A stretch of 64,000 nt of DNA from Torpedo marmorata. Its lineage: Eukaryota. Of this stretch, positions 25,501 through 35,755 are shown one piece after another. Made by a program: the position numbers and the translations under genes. The stretch is taken from assembly GCA_977017645.1 (NCBI GenBank), contig OZ360225.1, positions 170,562,001 through 170,626,000 of the forward strand, in the 5' to 3' direction. The first letter of the stretch is position 1. Each line of letters begins with the position of its first letter. The notes beneath the pieces were generated by a model. That model made no database searches, was not told where the DNA came from, and saw only the letters and a program-made list of their open reading frames with translations.

Positions 25501-28500
25501 GGGCAAGCCAGCGGTACGTGAGGATGGTGAGTGTCAGTGATGTTCAGAGGGGAGATGTCAGGACTTCGACTTGGTTGTTTGAAAACCTGCCCATTGACTC
25601 CTTGAAAGGTGAAAGCGAAGAAAGCGCAGGTGCAACTACAGTTCAACGAGAAGATATACAGAAAGGAGACGTGAAAAGATGTACTTGGTTGTTTGAGTCC
25701 CAACCATTGGACAGTCTCAAAGATTCAGACAGTTCAATTGACAAACAAACCAAGGAAGAAGTGGCGTGTACAGATGTAAAAACCACAACGTGGCTGTTTG
25801 AAACAACACCCTTGGACACATTCATTCATACTCAATGTAATACAGAAAGTGCCAAGATGACAAAGCAAAGTATCCATACAAGCTTGGAAATCCTCATCAA
25901 TTGTGGAGCCATCAAGTCAAGAGGACTTATTATTGAATCAAGTGAGATGGGCATTCTAAAAATGGCCAAATATCAACTGACAAGTCAGAATGATCCACAC
26001 ATTGTAAAAGAAGAAGTTATTGGTGGCAACTTGCAGAGAATTTTGATGCAGTTACTTCAAAGGAAGGAATCCCTTCATTCTGAAGGTATTGTGCTAAAGG
26101 AAGATGAAAGTGGAAGGATTTCTACAAGTACGATTCAGCTTTTCTCCCAATCCAAAGTTAATATTAATGAAGAATGTGTGAAAGAAGACAGCACTCATGC
26201 AATTTATAGCTTTCTTATGGAAGTTAGTGAAATCAAACAGGGGATTTTGATTCAGGAAACTGAAAAAGGAATTGTGCAGATTACCATATATTCTCTAGTT
26301 AACCGTCCCCAAAATGGGGATGAGAAAGAGACAATCAAAGGAGATGTAAAGTCTACAATTAATAGTCTTCTTGCTTCAACTCAGCAGCAAGCGACCTCAA
26401 CAGTAAAACGTGAGGAAAATGAAAGAGGAAATGTACAACTTTACACAACGTGCATTGAATCAGGGTCATTGGACTGTCTCAAGGACAACCAGGAAGACTC
26501 TGATGACCCTGTAGTTTCCTCTCAGAAAGAAGAGATTGTACGTGGTGATGTAGAAGGTGCCATTAGGAACTTGACAGAGAGTAAAGGCCAAATTGAAAAG
26601 TCAGTTGATGATATTATACCAGGTGACGTCAAAGGAACCAAGAAATATTTCTTGACAGAAGCACAGAGAGGCCAAGGTATCACTCAGAAAGATGGTGGTG
26701 ACATCAGTCCTGCTTATCAATCCTTGGGGCAGGCTGTGAATGTCGGGGTGAAAAAAGACACTCTGCCTTGTGATGTTAAGACCAAGCCGGAGAATGCAAA
26801 GTACCAAACAAGGAAGCTTGATAAGGAAGATGTTCTTTGTTACAACACGAAGGACACTTTGACTGCATTGCAGGAATCCACTTGTGATCAGAAGGAAGCC
26901 AGACTAAGAGAGTGCGCAGAATCTTCTTTTTGCTCATTCGGTAAATCCTCCTCTGCAGTTTCCGAGATTGGGGCAGAAAATGCAAGAGGCCAGGACCTTC
27001 AGGCAGCAATGCAGAACCTCAGAGAAGTGACTGCTGAAGCACATAATATACAACAGAAATCGAGCATGCAAGAACATTTTAGGAGTGATGCGCAAAGCAC
27101 AGCAAGTACTCAGCAACATCATCATCAAAGCACTCAGTGCAACAAAACACTGAAGAAAGAGCTGACGAAAACATCACAAATCTCCTCACAGCAGCAAAGC
27201 AGCACAGCATCAAGACATCAAGCAAGTGCCCAAGTGACTGTCACTCAGTACCAACAACCAAAGACCCAGCAGAGTATTCATCAGGTCAGTGCCTCTGAGG
27301 GAACGCAAGAACTTCAGGCATTTGTGGCCAGCTCTAACGAAAGTCAGAGATGTGGACAGTTAACTGAAGTAGTTCAGGAGAGCAGAGATAAAATGAGAGC
27401 TGCCCCAGAACAAGTCCAAGTTCATGGTCAGCGCCTGTCCACTAACTTAGAGAAGGAAAATCAGGCAGTGACAGATCAGGTCATTGTTAAGGGAGGTGTG
27501 CAATCAACTCCAAAGGCTTTAAAGGATTCAGTGACAGTGCAGAAATCTGTCGAGAAAGAGGAGGTGGTCCGAGGTAATTTGCAAGCAGCTCTCCAATCCC
27601 TAGGAAAAGCTAACATGAACATATCTAAAGGTGATTTTAAAGCCGCCATGATATATAGAACAGCAGGCCAGTCACATTCATGTAACCAAAAGAAGAGTGG
27701 TGTTAGAACTGTTGATAATCAGATTTCACTACCACAGTCTGATACTGAGTTTCCTTCTCCAGTTCCAGTGACCAGGTCCTCTGCACCATCGATTGAAGCT
27801 TGTGGCCATCAGCCCGCGGAAGGCACTCCCTCTCCCTCAAATCAGCCAAGTTTATCCACAGTGAGAAAACCACCAACTTCTCTGTTTCCTCCATTACTTC
27901 CACCCAAGATGCAGGAAAGAAACATCTCGCCTAAACCATCCATTTCACCAAAGCCACAGGCAATCCCTGCCAGGCACTTGCCAATGGAGAGTGGGAAACC
28001 AGCTCTACCTCCAAAGCCTGAACATTTACAAGCAATCCATTCTGTTCCAAGTCCACCCATTCCACCAAGAAACTATGCATCACTCATGTCAAAATCAAAC
28101 CCATTGCCTCCAGCTGGGTGCAAATCATCTCCGGTAAAACCGATCAGGGGATCTCTTCCTGCAGAAACTACCGATTTGTCAGCATGTCAGAACATGCAGC
28201 TGGAAAGGAAACATGAACTGCTTTCATTGGAAGAAAAATCCACTACAATGGCTTCTTATACCAAAGGAATGAAAACTCCCTTGCAGTTGGCAGAGGAGAA
28301 ATACAAGCAAGGAAAGGAAGAACACAGCAAGTTAAATGCAGTAGTAATCAGTCCAACACCAGACACACCATCACAACAGGGGCACCAGAGAAGAACAAGG
28401 TTCTCTGACAGTCTCATTGACACCAGTGACTCAATGATGAGACAACCAGAAATGTTAGCACACAAAATGAATGCAGCAGAAAAGGTCCAGGGATCAATGC

Positions 28501-30371
28501 TGTCTTATTCAAAAGAAAGCACAGCAAGAACTGAAGTGCACCAGGAATGCAAATCTGTTCTTCAAACCTTCAATGCTCAAAACAAATCTAATTCTCCCCA
28601 AATCTGCCAGCCTAACAAGAGAGAACTGCAATTATCAGATTCTGAGGATAGATTAAGTTTACCAAAGAAAGTTAAAACCATGTCACCAAAGACCTCTGCC
28701 AGGATTGCTGCGCCAAACAGTTACCAACAGCCTCAATCAAGTCCAGAATCAGACTACCAACAACCAGTCAAAACATCATTTGAACAAACAGAGTGTCAAA
28801 CTGCTCAGCATCACAAATGCACCAATCAGCACGGGTTAGCTGCAAATGACCGTCAAGAGTTGTTGGACAAAGGACAGCTGGGGACCCCACAATCAGATGC
28901 AGTTGTAATGCGTGGAGACCGACAGCAATGTAAAGAGACAGAAGATGATCGCAGGAAAAGGTTATCTGTTCACAAGGAGGAAATAATACGAGGAAATGTG
29001 AAGGCAGCAATGGAAATCTTTGAAAACCTAAAGAAACGAGAAGAATTGCAGAAAATATTAACGAGAGTTAAAGAATTTGAAGAGGAGACTTTCAAAGTTG
29101 ATGTCAAAGGTCTGAAGAGTTTATTCGAGAATGTGCCTGAATGGGTGGTGCCCAAGAACAATGTGGTTAAGCAACTTAAACCAATTGACAGTTGCAAAGA
29201 TGAGATGCAGAATCAACCCAGAGTGGTCAAAGGTGAAGTAGAAAGTTTGTCTTCAGTGGAACTTGTGTTTGAGGATCTTGAAAGGGCAAGTGCGGAGATA
29301 ATCTATCTGAAAGAGCAGACATTGGCAAAGCTGTTACACATTGAAGAATCCATTAAAAAAGCTCTCTATTCTGTTTCGAATCTGAAATCAGAGTCTGATA
29401 TTGCAGGACTCTCTGGTCTATTTGGAGAGTCACTGGGAGCCGCTTCAAACTCTCTGTCCGGCAACATCAAGAAAATCAGTCTGATCTCCAGCAAATCAAG
29501 CTTAGAAAAAGCCAAGCAATTGAAAGAAGGTCAAATTCACAAAGAATGGACAGAAATGTCAGAGAAGCAAGCTCGGCCATCATTAGAAATTCCTTCGCTA
29601 TCCACCCGTGTGAACTCTCCATCATCTCCTTCCTACATTTCCATTGAGTCGGCAGTGAGAAAACCTGCAGATCCTTTGAATAAAACTGTGTCTGCCCCAC
29701 AACTGGAGGTGGAGCATATTTCACCTTCTCTTCAGAATCAAGCTGTCGCACCCTGTTCTTCAAAGGTCACACCCTCTGATGATTTTGAAGATTCAATTCT
29801 TTGCAATGGTTGCAAGTATGTCAACAAACCAACGGAGGCAGAAAAACAACATTCTGCTCCAAGAAAGGAGTTTGTGCAAAGAGATATGAACAATGAGTTC
29901 ATTCAAACAAACAGAAAGGAAAGCAACGTTGTCAATGCCAGAGACAACGGAACCAACTCACCTTCAGGTTGCATCCCTTTAAGTGGTTTTAAAAGCAACG
30001 TAGTTGACAGAACTCAGAGCCCAGTCCCTCAGAGAACCAAAAGTGTAGTGGAGTTCAAGACAGGACCCGATGGAGGTGAAATAGTTGGTACAAAGACCAT
30101 CATGGAAAAATATGAAGAAATTGATCGTTTTGGGAACAAAATTATCACATCAAAAACCTCAACCACTGTCACAAAGCAATCTGAGTCAACAACTTCATCA
30201 ACTTATGAAGTAGTTCAAGCACCACCCAGGTATGATGTTGCTACTTCACCCCTTCTTAATAGACATCTGCAGAGCCAGCCAGGGGCTGCTGAAGATTCAC
30301 TGCAAAACAGCAAGGAAAATGGAGTAGTGTTTCTTTCTTTTGGAAATTCCAATTCAGCAAAGAGATCTTAG
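22572..30371 (+). CDS. XIRP1: Xin actin-binding repeat-containing protein 1 (Xin-alpha/CMYA1), single large coding exon, 2599 aa
   Basis: Uninterrupted 7.8-kb ORF with more than 20 Xin repeats (GDV+xxxWLFETQPLDxI). It has the N-terminal LPPPP motif and QQRQINELKRLYKHMHPELRK, a proline-rich region (PPLLPPK, PALPPKP), and conserved C-terminal blocks (ERASAEIIYLKEQTL, KKALYSVSNLKSESDIAGLSGLF). The ATG directly follows a pyrimidine tract and AG acceptor (22570-22571). The single coding exon and the SLC22A13-like neighbour favour XIRP1 over XIRP2. Confidence 0.93.
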   Translation: MAQNLDRSQPSEMSRTLEDVFLPPPPLDLLEASTEPIIPIEDQPQRIPHPPHQTFVKFQQQRQINELKRLYKHMHPELRKSLQEVVTEDWAEVLDAERTAAALATGGQGNSEAVLQSEVQSMRWIFNNWPLDTIGDHQATKKMTEEEAILSGDVRSTSHKFENQTLNEISSQYSEYSYSSSIRKEQTKGDVRTALWLFETQPMDSLNKIYSKENDLQEAVLKEPVQKGDVRGTKLLFETYPLSDLGCSNSMEESSLLQLHSEVQELKGDVNRTIKLFETEPLCAIRDTVGNIHQIKSICREEIQQSENVQSTRWLFETQPLGSINKNLAKVKIIRGISLEETQQSGCVGKKRWLFETQALDAVNEQSEEAGSTANIRVIEGGDVNKKCWLFETQPLDSLKESPSEEVAKEQVIGGNVHSSLWLFETQPMEILKDSFEVGHLKRILTEDERGDVKYKAHLFESCSLDSINKGQSEASCSTGKMEMQKGDVETYKHLFETLPLDSIKNSDEISTENHVDVLAGNVNENRVLFETVPLYAIMDGAGHCHQVKTVSREQVVSGDVKHYRWMFETHRLDQFGEGTQNVELVKGITKEEIQANDMKTTRWLFETQPLDVIHANVNKTEIQTSEKEDILKGDVKTCRWLFETQPMDALYEKAEDKQDCEVQLKGAVKSYTWIFETQPMDSINENEEQHLKVCSRQMDDVKGVDVKTKKHLFETEQCGNIAGELDETQNMRYTSEVDIQSGNVSRVKEIYQSTSLNEIADVEEKRKSFTSTQVDATHPEAGCVHKFTWLFENCPIGSIKEMPEEATPMNIITDVKGGDVGGKRFVFETYSLDQIKEETDVKNFTSRKEESVKGDVKSCTMLFETQPLYALRDKEGQYHEVTTAKKEEIMRGDVRGTRWLFETKPLDTIKPLDEVFVIRAVTQEDVQTGDVTAARWKFETQPLDSIRDEAQPGIKVVDEVQGGDVQASKQLFEGQRASQRYVRMVSVSDVQRGDVRTSTWLFENLPIDSLKGESEESAGATTVQREDIQKGDVKRCTWLFESQPLDSLKDSDSSIDKQTKEEVACTDVKTTTWLFETTPLDTFIHTQCNTESAKMTKQSIHTSLEILINCGAIKSRGLIIESSEMGILKMAKYQLTSQNDPHIVKEEVIGGNLQRILMQLLQRKESLHSEGIVLKEDESGRISTSTIQLFSQSKVNINEECVKEDSTHAIYSFLMEVSEIKQGILIQETEKGIVQITIYSLVNRPQNGDEKETIKGDVKSTINSLLASTQQQATSTVKREENERGNVQLYTTCIESGSLDCLKDNQEDSDDPVVSSQKEEIVRGDVEGAIRNLTESKGQIEKSVDDIIPGDVKGTKKYFLTEAQRGQGITQKDGGDISPAYQSLGQAVNVGVKKDTLPCDVKTKPENAKYQTRKLDKEDVLCYNTKDTLTALQESTCDQKEARLRECAESSFCSFGKSSSAVSEIGAENARGQDLQAAMQNLREVTAEAHNIQQKSSMQEHFRSDAQSTASTQQHHHQSTQCNKTLKKELTKTSQISSQQQSSTASRHQASAQVTVTQYQQPKTQQSIHQVSASEGTQELQAFVASSNESQRCGQLTEVVQESRDKMRAAPEQVQVHGQRLSTNLEKENQAVTDQVIVKGGVQSTPKALKDSVTVQKSVEKEEVVRGNLQAALQSLGKANMNISKGDFKAAMIYRTAGQSHSCNQKKSGVRTVDNQISLPQSDTEFPSPVPVTRSSAPSIEACGHQPAEGTPSPSNQPSLSTVRKPPTSLFPPLLPPKMQERNISPKPSISPKPQAIPARHLPMESGKPALPPKPEHLQAIHSVPSPPIPPRNYASLMSKSNPLPPAGCKSSPVKPIRGSLPAETTDLSACQNMQLERKHELLSLEEKSTTMASYTKGMKTPLQLAEEKYKQGKEEHSKLNAVVISPTPDTPSQQGHQRRTRFSDSLIDTSDSMMRQPEMLAHKMNAAEKVQGSMLSYSKESTARTEVHQECKSVLQTFNAQNKSNSPQICQPNKRELQLSDSEDRLSLPKKVKTMSPKTSARIAAPNSYQQPQSSPESDYQQPVKTSFEQTECQTAQHHKCTNQHGLAANDRQELLDKGQLGTPQSDAVVMRGDRQQCKETEDDRRKRLSVHKEEIIRGNVKAAMEIFENLKKREELQKILTRVKEFEEETFKVDVKGLKSLFENVPEWVVPKNNVVKQLKPIDSCKDEMQNQPRVVKGEVESLSSVELVFEDLERASAEIIYLKEQTLAKLLHIEESIKKALYSVSNLKSESDIAGLSGLFGESLGAASNSLSGNIKKISLISSKSSLEKAKQLKEGQIHKEWTEMSEKQARPSLEIPSLSTRVNSPSSPSYISIESAVRKPADPLNKTVSAPQLEVEHISPSLQNQAVAPCSSKVTPSDDFEDSILCNGCKYVNKPTEAEKQHSAPRKEFVQRDMNNEFIQTNRKESNVVNARDNGTNSPSGCIPLSGFKSNVVDRTQSPVPQRTKSVVEFKTGPDGGEIVGTKTIMEKYEEIDRFGNKIITSKTSTTVTKQSESTTSSTYEVVQAPPRYDVATSPLLNRHLQSQPGAAEDSLQNSKENGVVFLSFGNSNSAKRS

Positions 30372-31224
30372 TCATGCTGGGATCTTTTAAAGTACAACCA
30401 TCAACAATCTGTTTAAGAAACATAGATGAGGACACTAAAACATATGAAGTTGAAAATCAAAAATAAACAAAAAATGGTGTTGGAAATGCAGCATGCACAG
30501 GGACAGTTTCCATGAAGATAGGACAACGTGTTGAGTTTAGGCCCCTCCCAGAGCTGGCAAAAGCAGACTCACTGCTATCAGAGGATCCACACTTAGTATC
30601 AACTTCTTGGAACTTTCAGATTAAAACAAAAAACAGATATTTAAAGTTCAAAAAGAGCATGGAAAATATCTCAGCATCTGACTGATTAATGATCAAGGTC
30701 CAGAGGCATACACACAACACAGAAGATTATGTATTCAGAGGCTAGGTTTGATAGCACATTTGATACTGTATTGGAATCAGAATCTATGGCATGGAATTTG
30801 AACTTTGACAAATGGGTAAAATGGATTCTGTTGATTTAGACACTCACCGCCAATCTTTTTTTCTCTCAATGAGAAAATTGGGTTGGTTGGAAATCTGCTG
30901 GCCAATTCGATATCACATGTTTTACAGCATTAGTAAAAGTGAAAATTACCATGTATATGTTATATAACCAATATTTCCTGTTTTTATGAAGACTTGTAGT
31001 GTTGTTTTCTGAAGTAGATGACAATTCTTCATCACTGTTCAATTTTTCTACTTACTTTTTCCTCAAGTTTCTTTTGTACTTTAGTTCCTCCAGGAACCTC
31101 GTCTTTTCTTGCCTGCAAGTTGTTATTTCCCTTTGCTGTTTTTATTCCTTCTTGCTTTAATAAACATTTTTAATATTGTTCAATTTTATCTTGTTTTTGC
31201 CTATTATCTGTTTTATGGTCTTAT

Positions 31225-31637
31225 TCTGGGATTATATACGTTGGAATTTAGAAGGTTGAGGGGAGATATGATTGAGGTATATAAGATTATTAAGGGATTG
31301 GACTAGTTAGAAACGGATTACATGTTCCCGATGTTGGGGGAGACTAGGACTAGGGGCCATAGTTTAAGAATACAGGACAGAGATGAGAATTTTTTTTTTT
31401 ACCCAGAGTTGTTGGTCTGTGGAATGCTTTGCTGCAGAGGGTGGTAGAGGCGGGTTCTCTGGATAGGTTCAAGAGGGAATTAGACAAGGCTCTTATGGAT
31501 GGGGGAATTAAGGGTTATGGGGAGAAGGCAGGGACAGGGTACTGATAGTGGAGGATCAGCCATGATCTAAATGAATGGCGGTGCTGGCTCGAAGGGCCAA
31601 ATGGTCTACTCCAGCACCTATTGTCTATTGTCTATTG
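31225..31637 (+). mobile_element. CR1 LINE 3' fragment (same family as 14317-15785)
   Basis: LGLYTLEFRRLRGD.., same 3' UTR and (tattgtc)n tail. Confidence 0.9.
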
Positions 31638-31722
31638 CCTTTTAATGCACTTTGTAATATCATGGATCTATAAAAGAGAGTAAGAGTTGGCTTGAAAATA
31701 TGGTTAAACCAATCCTTCAGAT

Positions 31723-31855
31723 CAGTGGTTCTCGACCTTTTTTTTCCCACTCACATACCACCTTAAGAAATCCCTTACTTACCACAGAGCACCTATGCCA
31801 TAGGGATTACTTAAGGTGGTATGTGAGTGGGGAAAAAAAAGGTTGAGAACCACTG
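31723..31855. mobile_element. Palindromic hAT/Charlie-like MITE, 133 bp
   Basis: cagtggttctc..gagaaccactg TIRs, TSD cttcagat/ctttagat. Confidence 0.88.
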
Positions 31856-33424
31856 CTTTAGATAATGAACATCAACCAATGGAGGAAAAATGAACAATGC
31901 TTGCCTTCTGTGAGTATTATGAGGGTAGGGGGGTGGGAGAAAGAGAGAAATCAACAAGGGCTCAATCTTCTCATTGCTATCCAGTGACCTGTGTCATTTA
32001 TGGTACGCTGGCACCCTCCATCTCTCCTCTTGGTCCCATGTCCATGCTTTCCTGTGAGAAAGGACGTATGATTTGAGGGCACTGTGATACAACAGCAGAG
32101 CCAGTTCAACATTCTCTTGGAATACTATTTGTCACACTTGCATGTGGAGCAAACATTTCAATTAGTAAATTGAATTGATTATTGTCACGTGCCAAGAATC
32201 AGTGAAAAGCTCTGTTTTGCATACTCTCCAGGGAAGTCAACCCATACTAAGTGCAACAGGTAGTGCAATAATAAAACAAAGTGCAGGACATGGTGTCACA
32301 GAAAATCAAAAAGTGCAGAGGAATGTTCAGTTAAACAATGCATCATTATATATACCTTAAATTAATTTCTGGTCAGTTTCAAAAAAACCTACAAAGTTTA
32401 AAGCTTATGGATTTGTAACATACTGGAATTAAACACCATATGCAGCAGAAGGATGTGAAACTTTCAGGGTCAGGAATCAATGCTACATATATATTCACTT
32501 CTTTGAAATCCCCAGCACACAGACTCATTGAAATATACCTATTTTATTAAAAACGAATAGAGCCAAATACCCTCAGAATAATGGCCGAGATTTCCAGAAT
32601 TTGCAAAATTCTGCATTGGAACCAATAATTTGTAATCAGGCCTTTTATTTGTCATAACATCAATAAAACAGTATTTTATCAAATGACCATTGAAAGTCTA
32701 TAATCATAAATTGCAGTCCATTGATCAGCCTTCTATTATTTACCAGAGTCATTTCAAAAGGCATTTTGTAAAATGTTTCCTGAAAAGAATCTAATTTGCA
32801 TTTGAGTGATTTAATGCATTGTGGAACGATTTTCTTTCCCTTAAGAGAGAAATGCCATTAAATGTGGAGGTCTGATTTCTTGCATTTAATTTAGCACTTA
32901 GCACATGCAATGCAATTTAAACATGTACATTAAAAGCAGTACTTAATAACTGAATTATATAGATTGACAATGGATTTAGCATTACAATTTTGAACTCAAT
33001 ACCTGAAGTAATCTTCACCAATTGTATGTTCTTATGCATTTATCCTATTCTTTCCATGTGACAAGTCATATAAACCTGCATTGTGTAATTATGCAAAAAT
33101 TAAAATATAACTTTAGTTAAGTTGAAATTAACAGCACATCAATCACTTTACATTTCCACATTTACCAAGCTAACACCTATAGCTTCACCAGTTCCATATA
33201 ATTCATATTATGCCAAATGAAAATTATAACTTCATTCCTGTACTTTTTGAAAAAGTTCAACAGAATGATGCTGTGTTTCACTCAACATGTTCTCCTACCT
33301 TCATGGAAACCAACATTTCCTGTATTCCTTAATTTTCATTTTCCCTAATTTAATCTCATTTCCATAATAAGAATACAATTACTAGGGGTAGATTATGGGA
33401 CTGCTGCAATTTAAAAAATCATGG

Positions 33425-33660
33425 AGTGTCACGGTTAGCGCAATGCTGTTACAGCACCAGCAACCCAGGTTTGAATCTGGCGCTGTCTGTAAGGAGTTTG
33501 TACGTTCTCCCTGTATCTGCGTGGGTTTCCTCCGGGTGCTCCGGTTTACTCCCACCATGCAAAGAAAACGTATGGGTTTGGAGGATAATTGGGTATATTT
33601 GGGCGGCACAGGCTCGTGGGGCCAGAAGGGCCTGTTACTGTGATGTATATTTAAATTTAA
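33425..33660 (+). mobile_element. HE1/V-type SINE
   Basis: Same consensus as the 18357 copy. Confidence 0.85.
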
Positions 33661-33814
33661 ATTTATATCTCAACTCCACTTTCTAGCCCAATTGCCATTC
33701 ACCAAGTTCCCTGAATTCCAAAAATCTATTGATCTCTTAAATAAACAATATTTGACAATCAATAACCCTTCTGAAATTGAATTTAAAACCAAAATCACAA
33801 CCCTCCTCATGAGG

Positions 33815-34330
33815 AAATTATACTTATGGTTGGATCACAGACTAGTTTGGTAATTTGAGTGTCCTGGACATAGAAGGCTGCAGAAAGTAGCAAACCTAGC
33901 CAAGTCCATCACATGCCCTGGCCTCCTATCCATTGAACTCATCTCTGTGAGGCACTGCCGATAGAAGGCAGCCAACATCATAAAGGACCCCTAACAACCT
34001 GGTCACAACCTCTTCTCACTGCTACAGAAGACTGAAGCTCAGCACCTCTGGGTTCAAGCATAGTCTTTTTTCCCTCAACAGCTATCAAGCTCTTGAACCT
34101 CCTCTTAACCTTAAGCATAAACTACTCAGGGACCACTGTCTGTACTATGTCTGTACTCTGGCACTAACTGCAACTATGAATATTTATTATCTATCTTTTA
34201 TATTTATTATCTCTTTCCATACTGTACTATTCTAGGTGTTTTCTTTACAAAACGTACCTGTTTGGCTGCAAGAATGTTGGTGCATGCATATATACATTGT
34301 ACTTATATGTACGACAATAAATTCATTGTC
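33815..34330 (+). mobile_element. Rex1/Babar LINE 3' relic
   Basis: Remnant KAANIIKDP..GHNLFSLL and 3' UTR ending aataaattc. Confidence 0.65.
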
Positions 34331-35164
34331 ATTAAACTAATTCATTACAAGTCTTAAATATCTGATCCTTATTCTAAGATTATGCCCTCCATTTAAAGAC
34401 TACTTGGCCAAAGTAAACTCTTTCAGCATCCACTCTGTCAGACCTCTTTGGGATCTTAAATTCTTCAGTGAGATCAAAGTTCATTTTGATTAAAACTGAA
34501 TAATTTTAGGTCTATTCTTGTCACTCTTTCCTCATAACACAGTATATAATAGTACACAGCAGGCAAGGTCTCAAAGTCCTGTTTATTTGGGACAAAAGAT
34601 CCTTGATTTTGTAATCAATCTTATTTGCAATAAAGACCAACGAGCAATTAGATAGGCAAATAGTATGCTGCATTCTAACATCGTGGACACACAAATCTCT
34701 CTGAACACTACCAAATAGTTGCATTGTTTTATAAATTATTTTATAAATAGTCTTATATTTACCCTCATAATAAGCAATATGTTACTTTTGTGCCCACTCT
34801 CTTTGTAACGTCATTGTATCACCTCTCAGTTTACTCTCCCATCTAACTTTGTATTGCCCCAATTTTGGATGCATTAGGTTTGTTCCTTCCATGTAAATTA
34901 TTAAGATGGATCAATAGATGAAGTTCAAGCAACTGCTAACTATAGTCTGCCAACCTGAGAATATCGAATTGATTCCTACTCTGTTTTTTAATCTATACTT
35001 CAGAACTAAATCAGCAAAGAGTAGAGACAAGCTGTAGCCAAGAAACACATTTCCCTGAAACTGCCTAGTATATCACCAGTGTAGATACTGGTATATCAGT
35101 TAAAACCAAACTAAAATTAATTTAGTGCTCACAAAGTTCAAAGGTTGGGGATCTTTAATATGAG

Positions 35165-35460
35165 AGTAAAACACGAAAGTCTGCAGACACCGTGATGGCA
35201 GTAAAATCACAATACTGGGGTAACTCAGCAGGTCAAATAGTGTACTTTATATAGCAAAGATAAAGATACATAACCAACATTTCGGGATTGAGCCCTTCAA
35301 CAAGTTATGAGCAAAATGTAGGCAGGTGCCCGAACAAAATGGTGGGGGGGGGTTTGGGGGGGGGGAGGGAGGGAGGGGCAGGGGGGAGCACAGTCCCACA
35401 GGCAGGAGGTAATAGGTGGATACAGGAGGGAGAGCACCAGTAAACAGCAGGGTAGGGGGG
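35165..35460 (-). mobile_element. Penelope pseudo-LTR fragment
   Basis: Similar to the 3707-3960 arm (ctcagcaggtcaaa, tttcggg..gagcccttca). Confidence 0.75.
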
Positions 35461-35509
35461 GATCTTTAATATCCTGGTTAACAGCTGGATCCCATCTTTG
35501 TCAAATTTA

Positions 35510-35755
35510 AATTTTAAATTTAGACATACAGCACGGTAACAGACCATTTCGGCCCACGAGCCCAAGCCGCCCAATTAACCTACAAGCCCCGTTAGGTTTT
35601 GATAGGTGGGATGAAACTGTAGCCCCTGGGGAAAACCCACGCAGACACGGGGAGAATGTACAAACTCCTTACAGACAGCATCCGATTCGAACACCTGTCC
35701 CGATCGCTGGCGCTGTAAGAGCGTTGCACTAACCACTATGCTAACCATGCCGCCC
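35510..35755 (-). mobile_element. HE1/V-type SINE
   Basis: Reverse complement of the SINE consensus. Confidence 0.88.

Noticed and set aside
22635-29763. Many minus-strand ORFs overlapping XIRP1
   Set aside because: Antisense shadows of a long coding exon; no recognisable protein features.
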